Shown here piece by piece: positions 34,105-45,909 of a stretch of 64,000 bases of DNA (positions are counted from its first letter, which is position 1; each line of letters begins with the position of its first letter). The notes beneath the pieces were generated by a model, which had not been told where the DNA came from, ran no database searches, and saw only the letters and a program-made list of their open reading frames with translations. The stretch comes from Vairimorpha necatrix (lineage: Eukaryota), in contig CP142737.1 in assembly GCA_036630325.1 (NCBI GenBank), forward strand, positions 372,001-436,000, read 5' to 3'. A program made the position numbers and the translations under genes.

Positions 34105-37100
34105 CTAGCGTATGCACACCCGTTCTGAGAACGGGTTGTTTGTGTTTGCATGGGTACATGTTTTAATTTTATCACATTATATTTATTCTTTAAAAAAATG
34201 GCATAGTTTTTGTACGCTCACGGCGCATTTTATCATCTTTTATCTCATCCTTATTGGAAGAAAAATGGCATAGTGCTTGTACGCTCACGGCGCATTTCTT
34301 CATCTCTTGGCTCTTATGGGCCAATTAGTTCACGTAGAACTACATTTTTAGTATTGCTTCCTCTTGTCCCCAACTTGACTCTCAAGTTTTCACTCTTCTT
34401 CACTCTTGACAAAGCTACGTATAATTGACCATGAGAAAATACATCCTCAGGCAAATACACTCCCACTTTGTCAAAAGACTGTCCCTGTGCTTTATGTATT
34501 GTCATCGCATGTGACAATACCACAGGAAACTGTCTTCTTTTAAGTACAAACGGAAGAAGAGTGTCACTTGGCATCATGTCTATCTTTGGTATAACAGCAA
34601 GGGTGCCCCTTCCCCTTCCTGTTATTATTTCACCTAAGATGTAATTATCTTTAAGACCTTTTATCTTCAATCTGGTCCCATTTAATAATCCATTCTTAGG
34701 ATCAATATTGCGTAACAACATCACTATTGCCCCTATCTTCAATACTAACTTATGTGGAGGAAGTCCTGATGGCTGTTGCATGTTCAAGAACTCAAGAGGA
34801 AATCTCAGTTGTTCTTCGATATCCTCTGATTCTATAGCATCAGAACTCACATATACCCTCGAAGATCCATTAAGTAGGTTTAACACTTTGGCATTCAATT
34901 CATTTGCATGTTCATTTTTGCTCGTTAAGATAATCTTATCAAACAAAGAATCATCACCTGCTTCAATTTTGATTGTTCCAAAAATGCTATCGACTATGTC
35001 CCCTTCTTCAAGATATTCTTTGGGTATCTCCACACATCCTTTACTATCTCTAGTACGCCCCTCGCCTATATCTAACAACCACTTATTAAACTCCAATTGA
35101 TTATATGATCTCATGTTCGTTTCAAGCTTTAGTACACAGACATGTACCCAAAGTCTTGAACTAATTAATGAGTTCTCGATGATATCATTTGGAGTACCCT
35201 TCATTACAATGGTTGATGTCTGTCTAAAGTCACCACCCAACAATAGAGTTTTCCCTCCAAAGACATCATCATTGTCACAGAGTCTTTTAAGCACCTCATC
35301 TATTGCGTTCAATGCATGTTTTGACATCATCGAAACTTCATCTATTAGCAATAAAGAGGCCTTTATTATTCTCTCTGCTTCTGGAGTATTTTGCTTTAGT
35401 CTAGATACGCTGGTCTCTGTCAAAGGAACAGGAAGTTTCATACAACTATGCATTGTTCTTCCATCTTTTAATAGATCTGCAGCAATTCCTGTAGTGGCCA
35501 TCTGTATTGAAGATTTTTTATTCTTATTTAGATATTCAATCAGGACATTGTATAGATATGTCTTTCCTGATCCAGCTGGTCCATCTAAAAAGAATAAATT
35601 GCCTTTTTCATCTATACTATCTGTTATTGTATTAAATGCATTTCTCTGTTTTTCGTTCAAAGAGGATATCATCTGATCTAGATCATGTTCAATGCCAGAG
35701 ACGGCTCTTTCATTCTTGATATAGTTAATCGGCTCATCTAAACCCAGAGCATTTAAGCTCCATCCATGAGCATTAACTATATCTTTTAATCTACTTAATA
35801 TTTCGTCTCTACTATTCTGATCTAGATCTTCAGACATATCTCCAAGATACTTCTCAAAGAGTTCTTTGGTATTTTTAGGCTTATTGAAAGCACAAATATA
35901 TCCAAACAATGCTCTTATTATTGATGGGGACTCGGTCGATACGGCCTCATCCAAAGCCCTTTCCCATTCTTTATCATCTTGAAGAAGTCCTCTTTCTTCC
36001 ACCGCCTCTGCGAAAGAACTGTAAACTACACCATTTACAGTTCTCAAATCCTCATATGATTTAGCCCCCTTTACATTGATCAATAGAACTCTGAGGCTAA
36101 ATCTTTCCTTCTCTATTGGAGATACAGAATAAAGTCTAGTAATTATCTTACTATACTTATTCTTTCTCCTAATCCATTCTCCCCTTTTATATGTATAGTG
36201 ATAGGGTATCTCACTATACGAAAATCGATGTGCTCCTTCATCAACTTCATTCAATTTGAAGTAGGCTAAAAGAGGAGTCTGTCTAAGATCGGACAATCTA
36301 ACGGCTTCCTCTTCTCTGCCTTCTTCGAAAGTGATCAATTGTTCTTGTGGAAGATGCACAGGAAGTCTATGGATCTTATGAGATCTTCCATGCATCTTGT
36401 ATTCCATTAATCTCCAGGTAGCCTCTGGTGCTGAGACATATCTGGAATTCACAAAATGATCAATTTCATTGTTGTCAGTTATTCTCATTTCAGCACAATC
36501 AAATCCCTTGTAAATATACTTGAAAATATACTTTACTGACTTGATAGAAGTACAAACTTCTACATTGATATGACAATTGTATTTTTCAAGTAGATAAGCA
36601 TTATAAGGGACCACGTTAGCTTTAGTAACAACGTTGCCCCTTACATTGTACTCGGCCCCTCTAGATCGTCTGTACTCAGGATATCCGTCTTTATTGATCC
36701 TTGTTTCAGTATTATGTTCCTTAGGATATTCCTTAGTGCAGAGACCATTTTCCATACATGGACTTGTCAAGTTACTTAGTCCACATGGTCCATGAATCAT
36801 ATGTTTTGTTACACAGGTGTGTAACACTTCATTTTCCATAGGCGATGGTATCTCTGCGCTTACAAACTTATCTATCATATTTTCATCCCGAATCTTGTCC
36901 TTTAACATTATCAATATGTGAGCATGGGGAAGTCCACGTTTTTGGAACTCAATAGAATAGACATGAGCCACAACTTCCCCAAATACTCTTCCTGACAAAA
37001 TCTCCCCCATCATGCTTTTTAATTTCAAGTTGAAGACCTTTGCTACCAAATCAGGCCTATCAACTGCAGTTTGTCCCTCAAATAGATTCTCCTTTATCTC

Positions 37101-39240
37101 CTTCCAATTTGGATTGCAAGTCATAGTAATGAAAAGATCGGGCTTGCCGAAATTTCTTACGACAGACATTGCATCGTGGTATCTTTCCCTCATATTTCTT
37201 GGAGATCCCTGGAAGCTTGATGGTAAAATTACAGGCTTAGCATTACTTTCTATTCCATTGTTCACATAATCTACTAAGCCTTTGTAAAGATCTACCCTCA
37301 ACTTCTTCTGATTTAACTTTATGAAGTTTAAGTTATTTGCTTCGACTTGTAGATATGAATCTACAATCCATTGTTGAAATAACTTTCCTCCATAGAGTAA
37401 AGGATTGAACTTATCTTTTCTTATAGATATTTGTGCTACTTTATATTGTAGTAAAGATATCTTCTGTGATTCCCCATGATAAGACTCAATCCTTAAATTT
37501 GCGTTCCATCCAGCTTCGCCATGTGGATAGAACAAAGTATACGTCATTGGATCTAAATGTGGACTTAAAATATCCAAATGTAAATTATCAGAACTAAGAC
37601 CCTTGCTATATACTTTAATGTCCCTTTCAAATGGTGGTTCTCCATTTGGATCAGTAAAAATCATTGCGATTTCACTTGTAGAGGGAGCATTATATCTTCT
37701 CTGATCTCTTTCTAAATTCTTATTAAAGACCATAGAAATGTCTTTAACTTCTTTTCCCATCTCCTTTTGCTCCTTTATTACTTCAGACATATTCTTGTAT
37801 GCATTGGAATATGGATTGGCAGATCTTATAAATCCATCTAATTTGCTCATGATATATATATCACAATTTCTATTAGATGGATTCATCATTCTTTGAACAT
37901 TTGCCATATCACTATCTACTACATATAATTGAGCATACTTCTTTGGTGCATTAGAGTCCATATTATTTACATTATAAGTGTTATGATACACTTGACCATG
38001 TATTTTAAATACATACGGTCCATTGGATACAGTTTCTATTTGAGCACCAAGAGAAGCAAAAGAAAGAGCAGCATTGTAGGATCTAATATTATCTCTGAAG
38101 TTTTTTGCATCTTTATTTTTTCCTATATATAAATTCTTAATGTCATCTGGGAAGTCTCTTGTTCTTTGTAATTTAACTTTCCCAAAATGACAGCAGCTTT
38201 TGTATAATCCATTGCTGCTTGCTTCTCCAGCAAAATGTAATGCACCACAAAAGGCACATTCTTCTTTCAGATCTCCACAATAATGTTCAGCATGGTTTCT
38301 GCTTGTGATTCTACATGCTAAATCTAATCTTTCCGTAAGAGCTTCTATTATTCTGTTATCTTTTAAGTCATCTAATTCTTTTTTGTTGTTTATTGGTTTG
38401 CTTGGTGTTTTGTTGTCGCTAGAGAAACTGAATATAGAATTCCTTTTTTTTGTTTCTCCAGCATTTGTTTTTTTATTTTTTTGATTATATACAGAGGTGT
38501 TGGCCTCATAGAAAATAACATTGTTATTTTTTGTATTACTACATATCTCCTGAAAGATAGTAACAGTTGCTTTGGGTTGTTTATTCAAATCGTTGTTTGC
38601 TTGATTTTTCATAAACATAATGAGGGGTAAAGAAAAAAAATTTATTTATAGTTTTTGAAATTCCATTTTGGGAAAGAAGAAAACAAAAATGAGACTATGA
38701 TTTTTTAATAAATAGCATTGATATTAGTCTAAATAAAAATTAATTGAGTTTGTTATTCAGTTGATAAATTTCTAATGTTTGTAAATCATCTTTTTAGTGT
38801 TTGTTTCTTGTTTTGATTTTTGATTTTTGATTTTCCATTTCTGGTAGGAAGAATTAAAAAGGAGCAAATGTGATTTTTAGAAGTTAAGTATTATTATTGA
38901 ATCAACATAGCAGTGGTAACGTTAATTCAGTAACAAATTTTAATCCAATTGAGTTAATTTCACACATTAGTAACAAATTTTTTCTACATTTTGTTTCATA
39001 TTGTTTTTGTTTTCATTCTCTAAAAGGAAGAAATTAAAAGGGAGAAAATCATATTTCTAAGCATTTCGAAAATGATTTATAAATAAAATGTAAATAACGT
39101 ATCTGGTCTAAAATTGTCTATAAAATACAGTGAAAGCATTTAATTTTGTTTTAAAACAAAAATTATATCATTTTAAATTTTCTCTTTTTTTGAGTTTTAG
39201 GGGTAAAAAATTAAATAAAATTCTTTTATATATATGATGA
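34105..39240 (-). mobile_element. Autonomous Helitron
   Basis: 5' TC end; 3' hairpin cccgttc-tca-gaacggg followed by CTAG at 34105; RepHel ORF. Confidence 0.95.
34314..38618 (-). CDS. Helitron Rep/PIF1-like helicase (RepHel)
   Basis: PDLFITMTCNP, EFQKRGLPHAHIL (HUH), KYIFKYIYKG (Y2), DGPAGSGKT, GDFRQ, TIHKAQGQS, HGQLYVALSR; 1434 aa intact. Confidence 0.97.
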   Translation of the reverse strand: MFMKNQANNDLNKQPKATVTIFQEICSNTKNNNVIFYEANTSVYNQKNKKTNAGETKKRNSIFSFSSDNKTPSKPINNKKELDDLKDNRIIEALTERLDLACRITSRNHAEHYCGDLKEECAFCGALHFAGEASSNGLYKSCCHFGKVKLQRTRDFPDDIKNLYIGKNKDAKNFRDNIRSYNAALSFASLGAQIETVSNGPYVFKIHGQVYHNTYNVNNMDSNAPKKYAQLYVVDSDMANVQRMMNPSNRNCDIYIMSKLDGFIRSANPYSNAYKNMSEVIKEQKEMGKEVKDISMVFNKNLERDQRRYNAPSTSEIAMIFTDPNGEPPFERDIKVYSKGLSSDNLHLDILSPHLDPMTYTLFYPHGEAGWNANLRIESYHGESQKISLLQYKVAQISIRKDKFNPLLYGGKLFQQWIVDSYLQVEANNLNFIKLNQKKLRVDLYKGLVDYVNNGIESNAKPVILPSSFQGSPRNMRERYHDAMSVVRNFGKPDLFITMTCNPNWKEIKENLFEGQTAVDRPDLVAKVFNLKLKSMMGEILSGRVFGEVVAHVYSIEFQKRGLPHAHILIMLKDKIRDENMIDKFVSAEIPSPMENEVLHTCVTKHMIHGPCGLSNLTSPCMENGLCTKEYPKEHNTETRINKDGYPEYRRSRGAEYNVRGNVVTKANVVPYNAYLLEKYNCHINVEVCTSIKSVKYIFKYIYKGFDCAEMRITDNNEIDHFVNSRYVSAPEATWRLMEYKMHGRSHKIHRLPVHLPQEQLITFEEGREEEAVRLSDLRQTPLLAYFKLNEVDEGAHRFSYSEIPYHYTYKRGEWIRRKNKYSKIITRLYSVSPIEKERFSLRVLLINVKGAKSYEDLRTVNGVVYSSFAEAVEERGLLQDDKEWERALDEAVSTESPSIIRALFGYICAFNKPKNTKELFEKYLGDMSEDLDQNSRDEILSRLKDIVNAHGWSLNALGLDEPINYIKNERAVSGIEHDLDQMISSLNEKQRNAFNTITDSIDEKGNLFFLDGPAGSGKTYLYNVLIEYLNKNKKSSIQMATTGIAADLLKDGRTMHSCMKLPVPLTETSVSRLKQNTPEAERIIKASLLLIDEVSMMSKHALNAIDEVLKRLCDNDDVFGGKTLLLGGDFRQTSTIVMKGTPNDIIENSLISSRLWVHVCVLKLETNMRSYNQLEFNKWLLDIGEGRTRDSKGCVEIPKEYLEEGDIVDSIFGTIKIEAGDDSLFDKIILTSKNEHANELNAKVLNLLNGSSRVYVSSDAIESEDIEEQLRFPLEFLNMQQPSGLPPHKLVLKIGAIVMLLRNIDPKNGLLNGTRLKIKGLKDNYILGEIITGRGRGTLAVIPKIDMMPSDTLLPFVLKRRQFPVVLSHAMTIHKAQGQSFDKVGVYLPEDVFSHGQLYVALSRVKKSENLRVKLGTRGSNTKNVVLRELIGP

Positions 39241-40274
39241 CTAGCGTATGCTTTCCCGTTTTGAAAACGGGATTGATATATTGTTCATAGCATTTATTTC
39301 TACTTTATTTTTTGAGTTTCCATTTTGGGAAAAATAAATTTGAAAAGGAAAAAACATGAATTTACAAAATACTTTTTAGTAACATATAAGGAGTAAAGTT
39401 GAGCTAAAAACATTTAATAATTATAATGAGATAATTTTGGAAACTTCTAAGCTCAATTTTTGACACTTATATTTTACTTATTTTTTGGTTAATGTTTTTG
39501 TGAATTTTTTCTAGAAGGGTTAAATAAATTCTAAAAAACGATTCTGACGATATTTTGGAACTAAGTTTTACGAAAATAATAATCAAAATAAAAATGCATT
39601 TACACATAATATACACACTTACAATATTTATATCGAAACATTAGATGTAAATTTGATATTTTTAATACACAATAAGCTGTAATAAGAAGTTTAAAGTTTA
39701 CAAATTCATAAAAAAGAGGGGTAAAAAATTAAATAAAATTCTTTTATATATATGACTAGCGTATGTTTTCCCGTTTTGAAAACGGGATTTGAATGTTTAG
39801 TTTTTTAATATGTATTTTTCCTTTTAATGTTGTTAAGTTTCCATTTTGGGATGAATTTGAAAAGGAGGAAACATGATTTTGGAAAATACTTTTTAGTAAC
39901 ATATAAGGAGTAGAGTTGGGCTAAAAAGATTTAATCATTATAATGAGATAATTTTGAGAACTTTTAAGCTCAATTTTTGACATTTTTATTCAATTTTTTT
40001 TGGTTAATGTTTTTTTGAATTTTTTCTAGAAGGGTTAAATAAATTCTAAAAAACGATTCTGACGATATTTTGGAACTGAGTTTTACAAAAATAATAATTA
40101 AATCAAAAAAAGTATTAACTAATAACATACACACTTAGAATATTCATATTAAGGCAGTAAATCTATATTTGATATTACAATGATACAATAAGCTTTAATA
40201 AGAAGTTTGGATTTTTCAAAATCATAAAAAAGAGGGGTAAAAAATTAAATAAAATTCTTTTATATATATGATGA
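39241..40274 (-). mobile_element. Two tandem ~515-bp non-autonomous Helitrons (39241-39755, 39756-40274)
   Basis: Each unit has the TC-ATATATAAAAG 5' end, a cccgttt..aaacggg hairpin and a CTAG 3' end; direct CTAG|TC junctions. Confidence 0.9.
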
Positions 40275-41513
40275 TGTATGTACTCCTGTATTTGGATCTC
40301 TAAAATGTAATGTATGATTAACCATATGATGTTGGTTAAATATTGTATTTAAAGAATGATACGCTCCCCACATATCGCTATATATATAATACTGCTTTTA
40401 CTTACATACTTTAAAAGAAGTTCAGTAAGTGTTCTTTTGTCTCTTTTCTTAATATATACAACTATGATTCTACGTTGGATGGTACGTTCAACCATTCAAA
40501 AACACCAAAATCCTTTTACTTACTTCCTCTCTTTTGTATTTATTCTTCCCAATCTTAGTCTCATCAATTTCCTTTATGGTATTTTCGCCTCCAATAGTCC
40601 CTATACTTGATTAATAGTTATCATAAAGACTCATTTCTCTTAACTTTATTAGCACAGTTGATATAGAAAGTTTAATACAACCTAAAACTTGAGAAATGGA
40701 CTTACGTGAATAACCTAGAATCCACATATTTAGTATTTGTAATAAATTAATGTGTTTTAGTAAAGAATCCCGAAAGAAAGTTCCATTTTAAATTGAAATT
40801 GTGTTTTTACACGAGCTACATGGACACCTTATGAGACTTCTTTGATCCCCTCTTTGTTTCATTTTTTGATTACAGACGCTACATATTTCTATTTTGTTTC
40901 TTAATTATTAGATCATTATATATGATCTCCAATTCTTCTCTTGATCATTTTCTCTCCTTCATTTTTGAAAAAATGGGGCAAAAAAATCCTATATCGATTT
41001 TTTGTAGCTAATACTTACTTTAGCCAATAATCTTATCTTGACTCATACGAGTGTATTTGCTATAAATGAAATTCAAACAATGTTTATTGAAAGTATAACA
41101 TGTCAAATGTCTTCCAATTATTTATCAAATGTCATTCGCTCAAAATATTTGAGCGAATGACATTTGGACTATAACTTCAGAAATAAATAAACTCGTGTTT
41201 TCTAAACAGTTTTGCGTACAACATTGTTTCTAATCAATAGGTCATTAAAACTTTAGTTTGGCTTCTTCATAAAATCACTCTTATTCATTTTTAGTCTTTT
41301 AAATATTCAACCAACAACAGGAAGAAAAAAACGCATAACATTCATAGGAAATTGCATATTATAGCAATATATCTAAATTTTGTGTCTTCTTTTGTTTAAT
41401 AAAGACTTTATCTATTAAGATTGTAATGTATAATACAGAGATGCTTTTGTTCAACTGAACATAATGTAAATTTTTTAGGTATATATGTTTTAAATGTAGT
41501 TATGTAAGAATGT

Positions 41514-42558
41514 GGCTAAAAACAGCATTGTGGAAAAAAATTAGGGAAAATTTTAAAAATTTTGCACCTTTTTAAAAAAGGAAAGAAATGTTAAGTAACG
41601 AGAAAATTGTAAATTTTTATGTATGTTTAGCAAACTCCAAATACAAATAGAAATGTATAAAATATGGTTGAGATAGAGCCTTCGTATCAAATTAAACTTT
41701 TTCTTACGGTGTAAGTCTTCAAATGTAGACATAGATTTTCAATTTTGAATAATACATAATTTCATACACTAAAGTAGAACACCTACTTATGTTAAAAATA
41801 GTAAATTTGTAGGCAATGAAAATTAAAGTAATACATATAACAATAACATTGAATTGATACATAAAAAATGTAAGCTACCCCGTGAAAAATTATTTAAATT
41901 AAATATTTATGAGAGGTATTCGAATAATCTATGACAGATAGGAGGAAAGCAATTCAATATAGGGATAGACGAAAGTAAAATGAAAGAATAAATATCATAG
42001 AGGGATTTTTTTTGTTAAGGTTTTTGGTGTTTCGCATGGTGGAAAGAACTGAAGAAAAAAGATAGTTTTCGTGAATAAAAAAAAAACAGGAATGCATTGC
42101 TTCCGATCTTTTTAAAGCACGTAAATTTTAGATCCTTCATTTATTCTGATATGTGAAAGGCATATGGAAATTTGAAGGACTATTATAGGGACCATAAAAT
42201 GTAAATCATAGTCAAACTTTTCGAAATAATGAAACGGGTGTCCATACAGACATTATCAAAGGGAATTAAAGGTCATATAAAGCCTCTATACCCATTAGGT
42301 GCAGTTCATATTATCTTTCAGATATATATTAGGCACTTTATATTATTAAAAGATGTTGACCAGAATACCTTCGAAAAATTATTAAAATTTTGTTTTTAAA
42401 ATTTTATATTTATTAAAATCTTATTTCTAGAACATTTTTATATACATATCCAGTTTTAGGTATTTTCTGAAGTTTTCTCTTCCTTTCTTTTTTTAAAAAA
42501 GGGCAAAATTTTAGAAATTTTGACCCCAAATTTATTTACACTAATGCTGATTTTAGCC
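41514..42558 (+). mobile_element. Merlin element, decayed transposase
   Basis: TIR ggctaaaa..agcatt; perfect TSD AAGAATGT; remnants QIGG..IGIDESK, IYSDM*KAY, NHSQTF..ETGVHT. Confidence 0.9.
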
Positions 42559-43085
42559 AAGAATGTTTTTGTGACGTACACTACTAAATCACTTGGGCAG
42601 ATGTCATAAACATCATCTGTCACACCTATCTAAATACATGTTAAAATTTTTAAGTAGTCTGTCGAGTTTAGTCCCACAATAAACGAAAGTTGTTTGTATG
42701 TTTCTACATTTGTAAATACGCCAATGTTTGTGTATAGTGTCGACGAAGTTATTTTATTTGGGTATAATATAATATCTTTCTTACTAATTACTTTTCACAA
42801 TCTATACTCACAATTTTTTCTGTTAGTTCCCGGAGTTCCTCCCGAAATCCACATATTGGATTCTCGAATACCCCTTCCTGTTCAGTATCAAGCCCATGTC
42901 TAAAGTGTTGACAAAGAATGATAAATTAAAAAGAAAATATAAAAAATGTTTGCAAAGAAGGGAATGCGGAAAGATGAAGAGGTAATCATTAAATAAATAC
43001 AATAACGACGCTAAAAAATGTAATAAACATAACTACATAAAAAACTATATAAGTATTCCAGCAAAAGGCTATATGCCAAGGATAC

Positions 43086-43436
43086 TGGCGTGTTTACCGG
43101 GGAACTTGCCCGTGGCAAGGAAGCATTCAATGATTCTACGGTTTGGAGTGCCTTGAAAACCGGAGTTTAGATAGTTGGAAGGAAAAGATTGTTTATTGTT
43201 ATAAATAGAGTTTGGCTTATCTGACTTATAGAAGGAAGAGTGTTTGTTAGTGTTCAGATGTTGAACCATGTCGTTGATGGATTTTATTTATTTTTAGTAT
43301 AGAGCAACCAATAGAAGCAAATGTGATATAACTAATCAAATATAGCTGCTGATCAATGATCGTTTCAATGAAGCATCAGCGTTTAAAGGTTTCATTGGTT
43401 AATTATAGAACATGTGATATAATCCAATATTCCACA
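43086..43436 (-). mobile_element. Solo LTR, ~350-bp family (copy 3)
   Basis: TG...CA termini, TSD GATAC, same open frame as the other copies. Confidence 0.85.
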
Positions 43437-43759
43437 GATACATGACTGTTTTAAAATTGTCGCGCGACGGAACAATTTGTTAAAAAATGTCCCTAAGGAT
43501 GAAGCGTGTTCAATCTAACTTTTAATTGGGGTTTAAAATATATAAACAAAATTTATAGGAAAGATCTTGCTTCTATAGCAACACTTTTCTAACGCCCACA
43601 TACATTATGAACATATAAAACATGAAATTAGATTTTTAAATTAAAAATAGGGGTTTGCCAAATTGGATCAGTTCATTGTGTTTTTAATGGGCGAATTAAG
43701 ATTATAACAAAGAGCTGCTGTCTAATAATTACTTGATTTGCTAAATTATATGTATATAT

Positions 43760-43962
43760 AAAAAAAAATGAATTTAATTAGGGTATGCTTATTGTAGTTT
43801 ATATTTATAGTTTAACAAGGATAGGTTCCGCGTTGGCGTCTCCTGCTTGTAGGTGGCTTCTCGTCTCCATAGTTCTTTCCACATCGGCTTCGTCTCCTCT
43901 CCTTCGGTAGTCCAGAGAAATGCTTTCTAGCGTCTTCTTTAGCGTGATCATCTGGATGTATA
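43760..43962 (-). mobile_element. 5'-truncated 3' fragment of an RLE-type LINE (different subfamily)
   Basis: YIQMITLKKTLESISLDYRRRG.. matches YIQSIVQKKTLESFSKERRR of the LINE C-terminus; short UTR ending in a T run. Confidence 0.7.
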
Positions 43963-44002
43963 TATATATAAAATATTTTTTTTACAAATTAATGAGTATA
44001 TT

Positions 44003-45868
44003 GGTCACAGTTCGGAGGAATGCCCGTTTGTAGCGGACTCCGGGGGGGGGGGTAAAAAATTAAAAAAATCTCTTCAGTAAGGAGCGAACCAGAAAATAAA
44101 TACAAATAAATGTTCGATTTTAATGACTGCCCAAATTTTTTCTCGATTTTTTGAGGAATAAATTTTTTTTATAATAATGGGAGGGAATAATGAAAAAAAG
44201 GAGAAAATAAAATAAACAATATTTTTAGTACTTTATTTATTGCCAAGCAACCTCAGATCTCTTGAACTTATTTCTTCTATTATAATTCCATTATTATCCT
44301 CTCTTCATAAGTTTACTTTATTAAATTGTATAATGTCTGTTATACATAGACTTCTGCATCTAAATGTTCATAAAGAGAATGTCTTCTTGTATTGACGTTG
44401 TTGTCCAAATAAGCTCTTACAAGGACTCTACCCCCTATTTAAAATTCTAAGAAATCATTTCTCCGCATACTTCTTTGTACCATTCTATCTGCAGCAGTTC
44501 GTGTATAAATTCTAGCTGCATCGTGTTAAATTTTCATTTAAAAAAGGTTTGTGCTATTATTGCATATAGTTGATGTATTTCTACATAAGTATTGCAATCT
44601 AGAACATCTGATAAATTTTCTTCAGCGCGTTCTTCGTCCTCACACTCTTGTTCGTGATTTTCGCTATTAATCGATTCTAGAATACCCGTGATTCTAGACT
44701 CGTCCATTATGTCCCTAATGGGTCTGCCAAACATTAAAAAATGGTGTTTAACTGGTAGTAGAGAGTCTTTAAATATTATATGACCAGTAACTTCTTCTTT
44801 AACTTGGTCCATTGCAAAAAAATATTTTTTGTCCTAAGAGTAAATGCAATCATTCACTTTATTGACAGATTGCATCGTTCTATCTGTCTTAGTATCCATG
44901 GACATCTGACTCTTCCCCTTACGTGTCTTATTTCATATTTCTGACATATATCGACATGTATTTGATTTACAAATTCTCTGCCGTTATCAGTAAAAAGTAT
45001 AAAACAAGAACCAAATGTCCTAAACAATGTTTCGAAGGCATTCCCTGCACTAATACTTGTTTTGTCAAGCAGTGATATCATCCAACAAAATTTGGTGAAA
45101 GAATCTAAAATATTCAATAAACATTTATATCCTTCGTTGAGTTCGTGATATAGCCGGAGATCAATCAAGTCTGCAACATATCTTTCCCTTGGATACTTTG
45201 CTACAATTGGTCTAATAACTGGTCTAGTTACTAGATTTCGCTTTGATTGACATATATCACAGCTATTCAAGACCCCCTGGAAATCTTTTTTGTGTTGCGT
45301 CGTCGACTTTTGTATGCAATAATGGAAACAATCTGTCTCGTCCAGCATGCCCATTTGAGACGTAAATAAAAATTTATATAATCAATTTTATAGCGTTTCT
45401 CGTTGGTGGTAAAGAATCTTATGATCTATATAGACCTACTGTAAATCTCGCCGTGAGCTCTGTGATACCATCAATCACATCTTCAAAAAAGATAAATTTT
45501 TTTGCTTTTTTCATAAAAGCACCTCTTCTTGTTTTTCTACTAACCTTGTTGCAACAATTATAGTCATTAAAAAGACAAAAACTTCTTGTCTTTCATTGTT
45601 GTTCAATTTATTTTTCTTGCCCTTAAAATTAAAGAATTTTTATATACAAATTACAAATAAATACCAACGTTTTTTTTTTTAATTTTTTTACCCTTCTCGT
45701 GAAAACATTTTCCCCGGCGTCGAATCTGAACGGATATTTTTTTTTTCGTAATTTTTACCTTTCTCAAGTAAGCAATTTCTTTGAAGTCCGCTCCGAACGG
45801 AAATTTTTTTTCTAATTTTTACCCTTCTAAAGTGAGCATTTCCCTGGATTATGCTTCGAACAATGACA
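44003..45868 (-). mobile_element. Ginger-like transposon with decayed rve integrase (KRBA2/SCAND3-like)
   Basis: ORFs 44854-45354 (CDICQ, RYVADLID, ILDSFTKF, TDNGREF, QIER) and 44534-44812. Degenerate TIRs and subterminal repeats shared with 2442-3298; TATT on both flanks. Confidence 0.8.
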
Positions 45869-45909
45869 TATTGTGTTCCATTTTTTCTTCAAAAATTCCA
45901 CATTATGCT

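Larger units (their letters stand above)
33839..41025 (-). mobile_element. Merlin element (decayed) split by the Helitron array
   Basis: ~90-bp TIR ggctaaagtaag.attagctacaaaaaatcg; TSD aatattct/aataatct; remnant IGGENTIKEIDETKIGKNKY..GFWCF*MVER at ~40480-40605. Confidence 0.85.

Noticed and set aside
34708-35676. Plus-strand ORFs of 130-187 aa (likewise at 9997, 25959, 29075, 32087, 47351-47950, 55520, 62101)
   Set aside because: Antisense shadows of real or TE coding frames.
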